In this document: positions 1 through 11,627 of the stretch, in pieces
How the letters are laid out: each line of letters starts with the position of its first letter
Position numbering within the stretch: the first letter of the stretch is position 1
Assembly: GCF_044647545.1 (NCBI RefSeq)
Contig: NZ_CP172818.1
Source: Escherichia coli
Lineage (GTDB): Bacteria; Pseudomonadota; Gammaproteobacteria; Enterobacterales; Enterobacteriaceae
Reading direction: 5' to 3' (one strand)
Length of the DNA stretch: 64,000 nucleotides
Program-made: the position numbers and the translations under genes
The notes under the pieces: model-generated
The model's input: only the letters and a program-made list of their open reading frames with translations
What the model was told of the DNA's origin: nothing
Databases searched by the model: none

Positions 1-539
1 ATCACCGCCAGCACCAGCCCTTTTTTCAGGTTGAACTCTTCGGCTTTAATGCCCATTTTGCGCTCTTTCAACTGCCCGGCGCGAGTCACAATCCCTACAC
101 CAATCAGCGCCACCAGAACGCCGAGCAACGTCATGCGTCCGCCTTCGGTATTAATCAGAACATCGAAATTGCCGTTGATAATTGGCGTCATCAGCGTACC
201 AACAATCAACGTAATGCCAATGGCGATGCCAATTCCCATCGACATGCCGAGATAACGCATGGTCAGGCCGTAGTTGATATTACCGATCCCCCACATAGCG
301 CCGAACAGAAAAACAGGCAGCAGCGTAGAGAGACTAAACGAGCTGTAATACGCCCAGAAATTCGGTAGTAACAGGGCGCTGATGGCCCACGGCAGAATAA
401 TCCACGAAACAATCCCACCGACTGACCACATGGTTTCCCATGACCATTTTTTTACTTTTTTGAACGGCGCGTAAAAACAGGCTGCACTGGCCGCGCCGAT
501 CAAATGCCAAAATATCCCCATCGTAATCGCGTTACTCAT
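1..539 (-). CDS. rhaT: L-rhamnose:H+ symporter RhaT, N-terminal part; gene runs off the window start
   Basis: Reverse-strand translation from ATG at 539..537 reads [28 protein letters not shown]..., matching RhaT as recalled; open to coordinate 1. Confidence 0.85.
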
Positions 540-760
540 CTTCTTATCCTCATCATTTTTCGTCGCGTCACATCTCCGACGAGATGAGCATAAAAATCGT
601 GCTGTCGATTAACCTTTCGCCTGTTGCCGCCGTTGTCGATTTACTGGCAATCACGGCATTAAGTGGGTGATTTGCTTCACATCTCGGGCATTTTCCTGCA
701 AAACCATACCCTTACAAAAAGTACGGCATTGATAATCATTTTCAATATCATTTAATTAAC

Positions 761-766
761 TATAAT
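761..766 (+). promoter_or_regulatory. candidate -10 hexamer (TATAAT) of the sodA promoter
   Basis: Consensus TATAAT in AT-rich region about 57 bp upstream of sodA ATG. Confidence 0.35.
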
Positions 767-823
767 GAACCAACTGCTTACGCGGCATTAACAATCGGCC
801 GCCCGACAATACTGGAGATGAAT

Positions 824-1444
824 ATGAGCTATACCCTGCCATCCCTGCCGTATGCTTACGATGCCCTGGAACCACACTTCGATAAGCAGACCATGGAAAT
901 CCACCACACCAAACACCATCAGACTTACGTCAACAACGCCAACGCGGCGCTGGAAAACCTGCCAGAATTTGCCAACCTGCCGGTTGAAGAGCTGATCACC
1001 AAACTGGACCAGCTGCCAGCAGACAAGAAAACCGTACTGCGCAACAACGCTGGCGGTCACGCTAACCACAGCCTGTTCTGGAAAGGTCTGAAAAAAGGCA
1101 CCACCCTGCAGGGTGACCTGAAAGCGGCTATCGAACGTGACTTCGGCTCCGTTGATAACTTCAAAGCAGAATTTGAGAAAGCGGCAGCTTCCCGCTTTGG
1201 TTCCGGCTGGGCATGGCTGGTGCTGAAAGGCGATAAACTGGCGGTGGTTTCTACTGCTAACCAGGACTCCCCGCTGATGGGTGAAGCTATTTCTGGCGCT
1301 TCCGGCTTCCCGATTCTGGGCCTGGATGTGTGGGAACATGCTTACTACCTGAAATTCCAGAACCGCCGTCCGGACTACATCAAAGAGTTCTGGAACGTGG
1401 TTAACTGGGACGAAGCAGCGGCACGTTTCGCGGCGAAAAAATAA
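824..1444 (+). CDS. sodA: manganese superoxide dismutase
   Basis: ORF 818..1444 translates to [36 protein letters not shown]...; start set to ATG at 824 (206 aa). Confidence 0.97.
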   Translation: MSYTLPSLPYAYDALEPHFDKQTMEIHHTKHHQTYVNNANAALENLPEFANLPVEELITKLDQLPADKKTVLRNNAGGHANHSLFWKGLKKGTTLQGDLKAAIERDFGSVDNFKAEFEKAAASRFGSGWAWLVLKGDKLAVVSTANQDSPLMGEAISGASGFPILGLDVWEHAYYLKFQNRRPDYIKEFWNVVNWDEAAARFAAKK

Positions 1445-1502
1445 TCATTTGCCGCCTGCTGCAATGAGGCGTTTACGCCGCATATCAGCTTAAAAAATGA
1501 AC

Positions 1503-1527
1503 CATCGCCAACGGCGGTGGTTTTTTT
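1503..1527 (+). terminator. rho-independent terminator downstream of sodA
   Basis: GC-rich hairpin ccatcgcc-aacg-gcggtgg followed by T7 run. Confidence 0.7.
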
Positions 1528-1703
1528 GTGATCAATCTCAAAATAAAAACAATGATCCGATAAAAATAAAACAGTGTTTCAATTGATGTGGTTTTGATCA
1601 CTTTTATTGATCAAATGAATGTTTATCTTCGTTTCCATCAACACTGATGCTCCGTTGAGGAATGACGCATCAGCCCTTAAAAATATGCCGACAGGTGATG
1701 GAA

Positions 1704-2687
1704 ATGCAGATAAAACGCTCGATTGAGAAAATCCCGGGGGGGATGATGCTCGTCCCGCTATTCCTTGGCGCACTGTGCCACACCTTCTCGCCGGGGGCGG
1801 GGAAATATTTTGGATCATTCACCAACGGGATGATTACCGGTACGGTGCCCATTCTGGCGGTGTGGTTTTTTTGCATGGGGGCGTCAATAAAATTAAGCGC
1901 GACGGGAACGGTATTGCGTAAATCCGGTACGCTGGTGGTAACAAAAATTGCCGTCGCGTGGGTGGTTGCGGCAATTGCCTCGCGCATTATTCCGGAACAT
2001 GGTGTTGAAGTTGGATTCTTTGCCGGACTTTCAACGCTGGCGCTGGTGGCGGCGATGGATATGACCAACGGCGGACTTTACGCTTCCATCATGCAGCAGT
2101 ACGGCACAAAAGAAGAAGCTGGGGCATTTGTGTTGATGTCATTGGAGTCCGGGCCGCTCATGACGATGATTATTCTGGGCACTGCCGGGATTGCCTCGTT
2201 TGAACCGCATGTTTTCGTCGGCGCAGTATTACCGTTCCTGGTGGGCTTTGCCCTTGGGAACCTTGACCCTGAATTACGAGAATTTTTCAGCAAAGCGGTG
2301 CAGACGCTGATTCCATTCTTTGCCTTCGCGCTGGGCAATACCATTGATTTGACTGTAATTGCCCAGACAGGTTTGCTGGGGATCCTGTTGGGTGTGGCAG
2401 TAATTATCGTGACCGGTATTCCGTTGATTATCGCCGATAAATTTATTGGCGGTGGCGATGGCACTGCCGGAATTGCCGCTTCCAGTTCCGCAGGGGCCGC
2501 GGTAGCGACACCTGTGCTGATTGCAGAAATGGTGCCTGCGTTTAAACCGATGGCTCCGGCAGCAACTTCGCTGGTCGCGACGGCGGTCATTGTGACTTCG
2601 ATTCTGGTGCCAATTCTTACCTCTATCTGGTCACGTAAAGTCAAAGCCAGAGCGGCGAAAATCGAAATTTTAGGTACGGTGAAATAA
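1704..2687 (+). CDS. kdgT: 2-keto-3-deoxygluconate permease
   Basis: ORF 1662..2687; internal start [24 protein letters not shown]... at 1704 gives 327 aa matching KdgT. Confidence 0.93.
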   Translation: MQIKRSIEKIPGGMMLVPLFLGALCHTFSPGAGKYFGSFTNGMITGTVPILAVWFFCMGASIKLSATGTVLRKSGTLVVTKIAVAWVVAAIASRIIPEHGVEVGFFAGLSTLALVAAMDMTNGGLYASIMQQYGTKEEAGAFVLMSLESGPLMTMIILGTAGIASFEPHVFVGAVLPFLVGFALGNLDPELREFFSKAVQTLIPFFAFALGNTIDLTVIAQTGLLGILLGVAVIIVTGIPLIIADKFIGGGDGTAGIAASSSAGAAVATPVLIAEMVPAFKPMAPAATSLVATAVIVTSILVPILTSIWSRKVKARAAKIEILGTVK

Positions 2688-2835
2688 ACCTGCTTCCTTA
2701 ATCCCCACAGCCGGATGAACTAACGTTCGTCCGGTTTGCTATTGAGCTCCTGCCTGGATACATACCGCGAAAACAGCACGCCTGACATAAAATAAATATG
2801 GTCTAATGGGGAAATTTCTCGTGGAGAGGGAACAG

Positions 2836-3510
2836 ATGCGATATCCGGTTGATGTATACACAGGCAAGATTCAGGCTTATCCCGAAGGCAAACCCAGCGC
2901 AATTGCCAAAATCCAGGTTGATGGTGAGTTGATGCTGACGGAGCTGGGGCTGGAAGGTGACGAGCAGGCGGAGAAAATGGTTCACGGCGGGCCAGACAGA
3001 GCGCTGTGTCATTATCCTCGTGAGCACTATCTCTACTGGGCGCGGGAATTTCCGGAACAGGCGGAGTTGTTTGTTGCGCCTGCGTTTGGTGAAAATCTCT
3101 CAACCGACGGTCTGACGGAAAGTAATGTTTATATGGGCGATATTTTCCGCTGGGGAGAGGCATTAATTCAGGTCAGCCAGCCGCGCTCGCCTTGCTATAA
3201 ACTCAATTACCATTTTGATATCAGCGACATAGCGCAGTTGATGCAAAACACGGGTAAAGTGGGGTGGTTGTATAGCGTAATTGCACCAGGGTTGGTATCT
3301 GCTGATGCGCCACTGGAGTTGGTTTCCCGTGTCAGTGATGTGACCGTGCAGGAGGCTGCCGCCATCGCATGGCATATGCCGTTTGATGACGATCAGTATC
3401 ACCGTTTACTCTCCGCCGCCGGGTTATCGAAAAGCTGGACGCGGACGATGCAAAAGCGCCGACTGAGCGGCAAGATCGAAGATTTTTCCCGCCGGTTGTG
3501 GGGAAAATAA
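2836..3510 (+). CDS. yiiM: MOSC-domain protein YiiM (6-N-hydroxylaminopurine resistance)
   Basis: ORF 2806..3510; start at ATG 2836 (MRYPVDVYTGKIQAYPEGK...) gives 224 aa. Confidence 0.92.
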   Translation: MRYPVDVYTGKIQAYPEGKPSAIAKIQVDGELMLTELGLEGDEQAEKMVHGGPDRALCHYPREHYLYWAREFPEQAELFVAPAFGENLSTDGLTESNVYMGDIFRWGEALIQVSQPRSPCYKLNYHFDISDIAQLMQNTGKVGWLYSVIAPGLVSADAPLELVSRVSDVTVQEAAAIAWHMPFDDDQYHRLLSAAGLSKSWTRTMQKRRLSGKIEDFSRRLWGK

Positions 3511-3520
3511 CCCCCGGAGT

Positions 3521-3610
3521 GTAGGCCTGATAAGACGCTATGAGCGTCGCATCAGGCATCCTGCTCAAATGCCGGATGCGGCGTAAACGCCTTATCCTGC
3601 CTACAATGCG
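3521..3610. repeat. REP/BIME palindromic units in yiiM-cpxA spacer
   Basis: gcctgataagacgc...gcgtcgcatcaggc and gccggatgcggcgtaaacgccttatcc, typical REP sequences. Confidence 0.8.
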
Positions 3611-3614
3611 GAGT

Positions 3615-4988
3615 TTAACTCCGCTTATACAGCGGCAACCAAATCACCAGCCGTAAACCGCCCAGCGGGCTGTCTTCTGCTTTAACCCAGCCGCGATGCT
3701 GCTGAATGGCGGTTTCAACAATCGCCAGCCCCAAACCTGTACCGCCAGATTCACGATCGCGTGCTTCATCGGTACGATAGAACGGACGGAAAATCTGTTC
3801 GCGATCTTCCGGGCTAACGCCAGGACCATCGTCGTCCACCGTAATGGTGATACCGTCTTTATCTACCGCAAAGCCCACTTCAATCTTCGTATGGGAATAA
3901 CGCAGAGCATTACGAACAATGTTTTCCAGCGCACTTTCCAGGGCGTTCGGATTGCCGTACAGCGGCCACGGCCCAGGCGGGAAGTTAACTGTCAACGACT
4001 TGCCCATTTGCTCGGCTTCGAACGCCGCGTTATCCAGCACTTCACTCCACAACTGATTGGCTTTGATGGTCTCGCTAACCAGCGCGTTTTTTTGCTGATT
4101 ACGTGACATCACCAACAGGTCGTTAATCATGCTGTCCAGACGTTGCGCTTCGGTTTCAATACGCTCCAGTTCCTTGCTTTCACCGCTACGACGGCGCAGT
4201 AACGCCGTACCCAGTTGTAGACGCGTCAGCGGGGTGCGCAGCTCGTGAGAGATATCAGAAAGCAGACGCTGCTGAGAGGTCATCATGCGCTCCAGCGCGG
4301 TGACCATCTGGTTAAAACTGGCACCAGCGGCAAGGAATTCCTGTGGCCCCGCTTCAAGTTCCGGGTGCTGGCGTAAGTTTCCCTGGGCAACTTCATCGGC
4401 AGCGTTTTTCAGCTTACGCGCCGGTTTTGCCAGACTCCAGGCCAACCACAACAGAAGCGGCGTACTGACCAACATGGTGACAATCAGCAGTAATAGCGGG
4501 CGGTCAAACAGTAAGTTAATGAAATCGGATTGAGAACTGCTGGCCGGACGAATCAGATAAAGTTGGTAATTATCTTCGCCATCACGCACGGAGAACGGAC
4601 CGACCAGTTCCACGCGGCCATACTTTTTCTTCTGCGGATGATCGGCGTTATCGGCCTGACCAATAAAGTTACGAATGATCTGCATTTCGCTGCGTTCAGC
4701 GCCGATCACGCGGCCTTCGGTGGTCACCAATAACAAACGCTGTCCTGGCGGTGCCCACTTATCAATCGCCCGGAACAGACGCCGCCACCACATTAAATCA
4801 TTGGGCGGATCGTTCGCCAGCTCCGCTTCGACATGCTGCTCAATCATCAGACCCTGACGCTGTTCGCTATCCAGAAGCTCGGTCATCTGGCGTGAATCGA
4901 GCTTGGGTAACATCAAAACCAACATCAACACCAGCGCCAGCGTCAGCCAGAAGATGGCGAAGATGCGCGCGGTTAAGCTGCCTATCAT
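3615..4988 (-). CDS. cpxA: envelope-stress sensor histidine kinase CpxA
   Basis: 457-aa ORF MIGSLTARIFAIFWLTLALVLML... with HAMP/HisKA/HATPase sequence features. Confidence 0.97.
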   Translation of the reverse strand: MIGSLTARIFAIFWLTLALVLMLVLMLPKLDSRQMTELLDSEQRQGLMIEQHVEAELANDPPNDLMWWRRLFRAIDKWAPPGQRLLLVTTEGRVIGAERSEMQIIRNFIGQADNADHPQKKKYGRVELVGPFSVRDGEDNYQLYLIRPASSSQSDFINLLFDRPLLLLIVTMLVSTPLLLWLAWSLAKPARKLKNAADEVAQGNLRQHPELEAGPQEFLAAGASFNQMVTALERMMTSQQRLLSDISHELRTPLTRLQLGTALLRRRSGESKELERIETEAQRLDSMINDLLVMSRNQQKNALVSETIKANQLWSEVLDNAAFEAEQMGKSLTVNFPPGPWPLYGNPNALESALENIVRNALRYSHTKIEVGFAVDKDGITITVDDDGPGVSPEDREQIFRPFYRTDEARDRESGGTGLGLAIVETAIQQHRGWVKAEDSPLGGLRLVIWLPLYKRS

Positions 4989-5683
4989 GAAGCAGAAACC
5001 ATCAGATAGCCGCGACCACGCAAGGTTTTAAACCACGGGTGACCATCTTTACGATCCGGCAGTTTACGACGCAGGTTGGAAATGTGCATATCAATAGCGC
5101 GGTCGAAAGGCGTCAGGCGTTTGCCCAGCACTTCCTGGCTTAAATGCTCACGGGAAACCACCTGACCCAGATGCTGTGCCAGCAAATAGAGCAGGGTAAA
5201 CTCAGTGCCGGTTAACTCCAGCGTTTGCCCGTCGAAGCTGGCTTCCTGACGGCCTGGATTCAGCACTAAGGCATCAACTTCCAGTGTCGGTGAACCGTTG
5301 TCGTTGTTTTGCTGTTGCTCGCTCCAGTGCGAACGGCGCAGGATCGCGCGAATACGTGCCACCAGCTCACGATCATTAAACGGTTTCGGGAGATAGTCAT
5401 CTGCGCCCAGCTCAAGGCCGAGAACGCGATCAAGTTCACTGCCGCGCGCCGTCAACATAATGACAGGCGTCTGGTGTGTCTGGCGAAGTGCTTTTAATGT
5501 GTCGATACCATTTTTCTTCGGCATCATTACATCAAGCAAAAGTAAATCAATGCTGTCGTCCAGAAGATCAAGCGCCTGTTCCCCATCGTGGGCAACAATC
5601 ACGTTGAAGCCTTCCATCTCGAGCAGCTCCTTTAATAGGGAAGTCAGCTCTCGGTCATCATCAACTAACAGGATTTTATTCAT
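4985..5683 (-). CDS. cpxR: envelope-stress response regulator CpxR (OmpR family)
   Basis: 232-aa ORF MNKILLVDDDRELTSLLKELLEMEGFNV...; 4-bp overlap with cpxA start. Confidence 0.97.
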   Translation of the reverse strand: MNKILLVDDDRELTSLLKELLEMEGFNVIVAHDGEQALDLLDDSIDLLLLDVMMPKKNGIDTLKALRQTHQTPVIMLTARGSELDRVLGLELGADDYLPKPFNDRELVARIRAILRRSHWSEQQQNNDNGSPTLEVDALVLNPGRQEASFDGQTLELTGTEFTLLYLLAQHLGQVVSREHLSQEVLGKRLTPFDRAIDMHISNLRRKLPDRKDGHPWFKTLRGRGYLMVSAS

Positions 5684-5738
5684 TGTTTAAATACCTCCGA
5701 GGCAGAAATTACGTCATCAGACGTCGCTAATCCATGAC

Positions 5739-5753
5739 TTTACGTTGTTTTAC
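5739..5753 (-). promoter_or_regulatory. CpxR box (GTAAA-N5-GTAAA) in cpxR/cpxP divergent promoter
   Basis: Reverse complement of tttacgttgttttac is GTAAAACAACGTAAA, matching the CpxR consensus. Confidence 0.75.
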
Positions 5754-5832
5754 ACCCCCTGACGCATGTTTGCAGCCTGAATCGTAAACTCTCTATCGTT
5801 GAATCGCGACAGAAAGATTTTGGGAGCAAATG

Positions 5833-6333
5833 ATGCGCATAGTTACCGCTGCCGTCATGGCCTCAACGCTGGCAGTCAGTTCATTAAGCCACGCTGCTGA
5901 AGTCGGTTCAGGCGATAACTGGCATCCGGGTGAAGAACTTACGCAGCGCAGTACGCAGAGCCATATGTTCGACGGCATAAGTTTAACCGAACATCAGCGT
6001 CAGCAGATGCGAGATCTTATGCAACAGGCCCGGCACGAACAGCCTCCTGTTAATGTTAGCGAACTGGAGACAATGCATCGCCTTGTCACCGCAGAAAATT
6101 TTGATGAAAACGCTGTGCGCGCACAGGCAGAAAAAATGGCGAATGAGCAAATTGCTCGTCAGGTTGAGATGGCAAAAGTCCGCAACCAAATGTATCGCCT
6201 GTTAACGCCGGAGCAGCAAGCGGTTTTAAACGAGAAACATCAACAACGAATGGAGCAGTTGCGCGACGTGACGCAATGGCAAAAAAGTTCATCGTTGAAG
6301 CTATTGAGTAGTAGCAACTCACGTTCCCAGTAG
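5833..6333 (+). CDS. cpxP: periplasmic Cpx pathway inhibitor/adaptor CpxP
   Basis: ORF 5830..6333; start at ATG 5833 ([24 protein letters not shown]...) gives 166 aa. Confidence 0.95.
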
Positions 6334-6336
6334 TAA

Positions 6337-6400
6337 ACCCTGTTTTCCTTGCCATAGACACCATCCCTGTCTTCCCCCACATGATGTGGGGGTTTTTTTT
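6337..6400 (+). ncRNA. cpxQ: candidate CpxQ sRNA (cpxP 3' UTR-derived)
   Basis: 3' UTR of cpxP ending in hairpin cccccacatgatgtggggg + T8; CpxQ is known to be processed from this UTR; exact 5' end not determinable here. Confidence 0.5.
6374..6400 (+). terminator. rho-independent terminator of cpxP
   Basis: Perfect hairpin cccccacat/atgtggggg followed by T8. Confidence 0.85.
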
Positions 6401-6481
6401 ATCCTCAATTTGCCTGCTGCTTAATGTATTGCAGATGATTTGCTTCCGTTATACTACCGTCAGTTGATAGCGGGAGTATTT

Positions 6482-7384
6482 ATGAATCAATCTTATGGAC
6501 GGCTGGTCAGTCGGGCGGCGATTGCTGCGACGGCGATGGCTTCGCTGCTATTGCTGATTAAAATTTTTGCATGGTGGTATACCGGGTCGGTGAGTATTCT
6601 CGCCGCGCTGGTGGATTCGCTGGTGGATATCGGCGCGTCGTTGACGAATTTACTGGTGGTGCGATATTCCCTGCAACCTGCCGACGATAATCACTCGTTT
6701 GGTCACGGTAAAGCTGAGTCCCTCGCGGCGCTGGCGCAAAGTATGTTTATCTCCGGTTCGGCACTATTCCTGTTTTTGACGGGTATTCAACATCTGGTAT
6801 CTCCAACACCGATGACAGATCCAGGCGTCGGGGTTATCGTGACAATTGTGGCGCTAATTTGTACGATTATCCTTGTCTCGTTTCAGCGGTGGGTGGTGCG
6901 CCGGACGCAAAGCCAGGCGGTGCGGGCTGATATGCTACATTACCAGTCTGATGTTATGATGAACGGCGCAATTCTGCTGGCGCTGGGGTTGTCCTGGTAC
7001 GGCTGGCATCGCGCCGATGCTCTGTTTGCATTGGGAATCGGCATCTATATTTTATATAGCGCGTTACGCATGGGATATGAGGCGGTACAGTCATTACTGG
7101 ATCGCGCATTGCCTGATGAAGAACGGCAAGAAATTATTGATATCGTGACTTCCTGGCCGGGTGTTAGCGGCGCTCACGATCTTCGCACGCGGCAGTCAGG
7201 GCCGACCCGCTTTATTCAGATTCATTTGGAAATGGAAGACTCTCTGCCTTTGGTTCAGGCACATATGGTGGCGGATCAGGTAGAGCAGGCTATTTTACGG
7301 CGTTTTCCGGGATCGGATGTGATTATCCATCAGGACCCCTGTTCCGTCGTACCCAGGGAGGGTAAACGGTCTATGCTTTCATAA
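6482..7384 (+). CDS. fieF: ferrous-iron/zinc efflux pump FieF (cation diffusion facilitator)
   Basis: ORF 6440..7384; start at ATG 6482 ([25 protein letters not shown]...) gives 300 aa. Confidence 0.95.
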   Translation: MNQSYGRLVSRAAIAATAMASLLLLIKIFAWWYTGSVSILAALVDSLVDIGASLTNLLVVRYSLQPADDNHSFGHGKAESLAALAQSMFISGSALFLFLTGIQHLVSPTPMTDPGVGVIVTIVALICTIILVSFQRWVVRRTQSQAVRADMLHYQSDVMMNGAILLALGLSWYGWHRADALFALGIGIYILYSALRMGYEAVQSLLDRALPDEERQEIIDIVTSWPGVSGAHDLRTRQSGPTRFIQIHLEMEDSLPLVQAHMVADQVEQAILRRFPGSDVIIHQDPCSVVPREGKRSMLS

Positions 7385-7564
7385 TCAGTATAAAAGAGAG
7401 CCAGACCCGCATTTTGTGTATAAAATACCGCCATTTGGCCTGACCTGAATCAATTCAGCAGGAAGTGATTGTTATACTATTTGCACATTCGTTGGATCAC
7501 TTCGATGTGCAAGAAGACTTCCGGCAACAGATTTCATTTTGCATTCCAAAGTTCAGAGGTAGTC

Positions 7565-8527
7565 ATGATTAAGAAAATCGGTGTGTTGACAAGCGGCGGT
7601 GATGCGCCAGGCATGAACGCCGCAATTCGCGGGGTTGTTCGTTCTGCGCTGACAGAAGGTCTGGAAGTAATGGGCATTTATGACGGCTATCTGGGTCTGT
7701 ATGAAGACCGTATGGTACAGCTAGACCGTTACAGCGTTTCTGACATGATCAACCGTGGCGGTACGTTCCTCGGTTCTGCGCGTTTCCCGGAATTCCGCGA
7801 CGAGAACATCCGCGCCGTGGCTATCGAAAACCTGAAAAAACGTGGTATCGACGCGCTGGTGGTTATCGGCGGTGACGGTTCCTACATGGGTGCAATGCGT
7901 CTGACCGAAATGGGCTTCCCGTGCATCGGCCTGCCGGGCACTATCGACAACGACATCAAAGGCACTGACTACACTATCGGTTTCTTCACTGCGCTGAGCA
8001 CCGTTGTAGAAGCGATCGACCGTCTGCGTGACACCTCTTCTTCTCACCAGCGTATTTCCGTGGTGGAAGTGATGGGTCGTTATTGTGGCGATCTGACGTT
8101 GGCTGCGGCTATTGCTGGTGGCTGTGAATTCGTTGTAGTTCCGGAAGTTGAATTCAGCCGTGAAGACCTGGTAAACGAAATCAAAGCGGGTATCGCGAAA
8201 GGTAAAAAACACGCGATCGTGGCGATTACCGAACATATGTGTGATGTTGACGAACTGGCGCATTTCATCGAGAAAGAAACCGGTCGTGAAACCCGCGCAA
8301 CTGTGCTGGGCCACATCCAGCGCGGTGGTTCTCCGGTGCCTTACGACCGTATTCTGGCTTCCCGTATGGGCGCTTACGCTATCGATCTGCTGCTGGCAGG
8401 CTACGGCGGTCGTTGCGTAGGTATCCAGAACGAACAGCTGGTTCACCACGACATCATCGACGCTATCGAAAACATGAAGCGTCCGTTCAAAGGCGACTGG
8501 CTGGACTGCGCGAAAAAACTGTATTAA
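7565..8527 (+). CDS. pfkA: 6-phosphofructokinase I
   Basis: ORF 7469..8527; start at ATG 7565 ([25 protein letters not shown]...) gives 320 aa. Confidence 0.97.
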
Positions 8528-8583
8528 TGATTTCGGAAAAAGGCAGATTCCTTTAGCCTGAAACCGATGACAGAAGCAAAAAT

Positions 8584-8682
8584 GCCTGATGCGCTTCGCT
8601 TATCAGGCCTACATGAATTCTGCAATTTATTGAATTTGCAAACTTTTGTAGGCCGGATAAGGCGTTCGCGCCGCATCCGGCA
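8584..8682. repeat. REP palindromic units in pfkA-sbp spacer
   Basis: gcctgatgcgcttcgcttatcaggcctac and gtaggccggataaggcgttcgcgccgcatccggca. Confidence 0.8.
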
Positions 8683-8846
8683 TGGACAAAGCGCACTTTG
8701 TCAGCAATATGAGGTGGATTTCTTCCGCCTTTTTAATCCCTCAACATATACCCGCAAGTTATAGCCAATCTTTTTTTATTCTTTAATGTTTGGTTAACCT
8801 TCTGGCACGCTTTGCTCATCACAACACAACATAAGAGAGTCGGGCG

Positions 8847-9836
8847 ATGAACAAGTGGGGCGTAGGGTTAACATTTTTGCTGGCGGCAACCAGCGTTATG
8901 GCAAAGGATATTCAGCTTCTTAACGTTTCATATGATCCAACGCGCGAATTGTACGAACAGTACAACAAGGCATTCAGCGCCCACTGGAAACAGCAAACTG
9001 GCGATAACGTGGTGATCCGTCAGTCCCACGGTGGTTCAGGCAAACAAGCGACGTCGGTAATCAATGGTATTGAAGCTGATGTTGTCACTCTGGCTCTGGC
9101 CTATGACGTGGACGCAATTGCGGAACGCGGGCGGATTGATAAAGAGTGGATCAAACGTCTGCCGGATAACTCCGCACCGTACACTTCCACCATTGTTTTC
9201 CTGGTGCGTAAAGGCAATCCGAAGCAGATCCATGACTGGAACGATCTGATTAAACCGGGTGTTTCGGTGATCACGCCTAATCCGAAAAGCTCTGGTGGCG
9301 CGCGCTGGAACTACCTGGCTGCCTGGGGCTACGCGCTGCATCACAACAACAACGATCAGGCAAAAGCACAGGATTTTGTTCGGGCACTGTATAAAAACGT
9401 CGAAGTTCTGGATTCTGGCGCGCGCGGCTCCACTAACACTTTTGTCGAGCGCGGAATTGGCGATGTACTGATCGCCTGGGAAAACGAAGCTCTGCTGGCA
9501 GCGAATGAACTGGGGAAAGATAAATTCGAAATCGTCACGCCGAGTGAGTCTATCCTCGCAGAGCCAACCGTGTCGGTGGTCGATAAAGTGGTCGAGAAAA
9601 AAGGCACCAAAGAGGTGGCGGAAGCCTACCTGAAATATCTCTACTCGCCAGAAGGTCAGGAAATTGCCGCGAAAAACTACTACCGTCCGCGCGATGCTGA
9701 GGTGGCGAAAAAGTACGAAAATGCGTTTCCAAAGCTGAAGTTATTCACCATTGATGAAGAGTTCGGCGGCTGGACGAAAGCGCAAAAAGAGCATTTTGCT
9801 AACGGCGGTACGTTCGATCAGATCAGCAAACGCTGA
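8847..9836 (+). CDS. sbp: periplasmic sulfate-binding protein
   Basis: 329-aa [44 protein letters not shown]... Confidence 0.96.
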
Positions 9837-9858
9837 TTTCTCCAGGATAATTATCAAA

Positions 9859-9887
9859 CCCGGTGGTTTCTCGCGACCGGGTTTTTT
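9859..9887 (+). terminator. rho-independent terminator of sbp
   Basis: Hairpin cccggtggtttctcgcgaccggg followed by T6. Confidence 0.8.
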
Positions 9888-9942
9888 ATTTGTCACGATT
9901 TTGCGTTACCCTTGCATCTCTTTGAGGTACAGGGAAAAAAAG

Positions 9943-10698
9943 ATGAAAAAAGCGGGTCTTCTTTTTTTGGTGATGATAGTTATCGCCGTTGTGGCTGCCG
10001 GTATTGGTTACTGGAAATTAACCGGTGAAGAGTCGGATACATTACGTAAGATTGTCCTTGAGGAATGTTTGCCCAATCAGCAGCAAAATCAAAATCCTTC
10101 GCCATGTGCGGAAGTCAAACCCAACGCCGGATACGTGGTTTTAAAAGATCTTAATGGCCCACTGCAATATCTGTTGATGCCAACGTATCGTATTAACGGT
10201 ACTGAAAGTCCTTTGTTGACCGATCCTTCAACGCCGAACTTCTTTTGGTTGGCCTGGCAGGCGCGTGATTTTATGAGCAAAAAATACGGCCAGCCGGTTC
10301 CCGATCGCGCGGTTTCTTTGGCAATCAACTCTCGCACCGGGCGTACGCAAAACCATTTTCATATTCATATTTCTTGTATTCGTCCTGATGTGCGCGAACA
10401 GCTGGATAACAATCTGGCGAACATCAGTAGCCGCTGGTTGCCACTGCCAGGTGGTTTGCGTGGGCATGAGTACCTGGCGCGTCGGGTAACGGAAAGCGAA
10501 CTGGTACAACGCAGCCCATTTATGATGCTTGCAGAAGAAGTGCCTGAGGCGCGGGAACATATGGGAAGCTACGGGCTGGCGATGGTACGGCAGAGTGATA
10601 ACTCATTTGTATTGCTGGCGACACAACGAAATCTACTGACGCTGAACCGTGCTTCAGCCGAAGAAATCCAGGATCATCAGTGTGAGATTTTGCGTTAA
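9943..10698 (+). CDS. cdh: CDP-diacylglycerol pyrophosphatase
   Basis: ORF 9751..10698; start at ATG 9943 ([24 protein letters not shown]...) gives 251 aa. Confidence 0.94.
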   Translation: MKKAGLLFLVMIVIAVVAAGIGYWKLTGEESDTLRKIVLEECLPNQQQNQNPSPCAEVKPNAGYVVLKDLNGPLQYLLMPTYRINGTESPLLTDPSTPNFFWLAWQARDFMSKKYGQPVPDRAVSLAINSRTGRTQNHFHIHISCIRPDVREQLDNNLANISSRWLPLPGGLRGHEYLARRVTESELVQRSPFMMLAEEVPEAREHMGSYGLAMVRQSDNSFVLLATQRNLLTLNRASAEEIQDHQCEILR

Positions 10699-10720
10699 GG
10701 CGAAGAGTTAAGGAAAGTAA

Positions 10721-10743
10721 GTGCCGGATATGAAATCCGGCAC
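10721..10743. terminator. hairpin between convergent cdh and tpiA (probable bidirectional terminator)
   Basis: gtgccgga-tatgaaa-tccggcac, 8-bp stem, in 54-bp convergent spacer. Confidence 0.6.
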
Positions 10744-10752
10744 CTGCCAGAC

Positions 10753-11520
10753 TTAAGCCTGTTTAGCCGCTTCTGCAGCTTTAACGATCACGGCGAAAGC
10801 GTCAGCTTTCAGAGAAGCACCGCCAACCAGCGCGCCGTCGATGTCTGGCTGAGCAAACAGTTCTGCAGCGTTAGACGCGTTTACAGAGCCGCCGTACTGG
10901 ATGATCACTTGTTCAGCGATGTTAGCGTCAACTTTAGCAATGTGGTCACGGATGAATTTGTGAACAGCCTGTGCCTGAGCCGGAGTTGCAGATTTGCCAG
11001 TACCGATTGCCCATACGGGTTCGTAAGCGATAACCGCACCTTCGAATGCCGCAGCACCCTGAGTTTTCAGTACCGCGTCGATCTGACGTGCACAAACTTC
11101 TTCAGTTTTGCCCGCTTCGTTTTCCGCTTCGGTTTCACCGATGCACAGAACCGGAGTCAGACCCTGCTCTTTCAGCACCGCGAATTTTTTCGCGATCAGT
11201 TCGTCAGACTCTTTGTGGTAAGTACGACGTTCAGAGTGGCCGATGATGATGTACTGTGCGCCGATGTCTTTCAGCATAGCAGCAGAGGTTTCACCGGTGA
11301 ATGCGCCGGACAGGTTCAGGTCCACGTTTTGCGCACCCAGCATGATGTGGCTGCCTTCAGCTTCGCGCTTCGCCATATCGATGTACATTTCCGGTGGTGC
11401 GATTGCAACCGCACAGCCAGCAACACCTGCCAGCTCTTTACGCAGGTTAGAAACCAGCTCGTGAACCATGTGGCGGCTGCCGTTCAGTTTCCAGTTACCC
11501 ATCACTAAAGGATGTCGCAT
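10753..11520 (-). CDS. tpiA: triosephosphate isomerase
   Basis: 255-aa [35 protein letters not shown]... Confidence 0.97.
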
Positions 11521-11627
11521 TTTAATTCTCCACGCTTATAAGCGAATAAAGGAAGATGGCCGCCCCGCAGGGCAGCAGGTCTGTGAAACAGTATAGAGAT
11601 TCATCGGCACAAAGGCTTTGCTTTTTG

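Noticed and set aside
31-255. 74-aa plus-strand ORF at the window start
   Set aside because: Lies entirely antisense within rhaT coding sequence; the rhaT frame on the other strand is the real gene.
788-1339. 183-aa reverse-strand ORF overlapping sodA
   Set aside because: Antisense to the well-supported sodA gene; no independent support.
7721-8449. 242-aa reverse-strand ORF overlapping pfkA
   Set aside because: Antisense shadow ORF inside pfkA, typical of GC-rich coding sequence.
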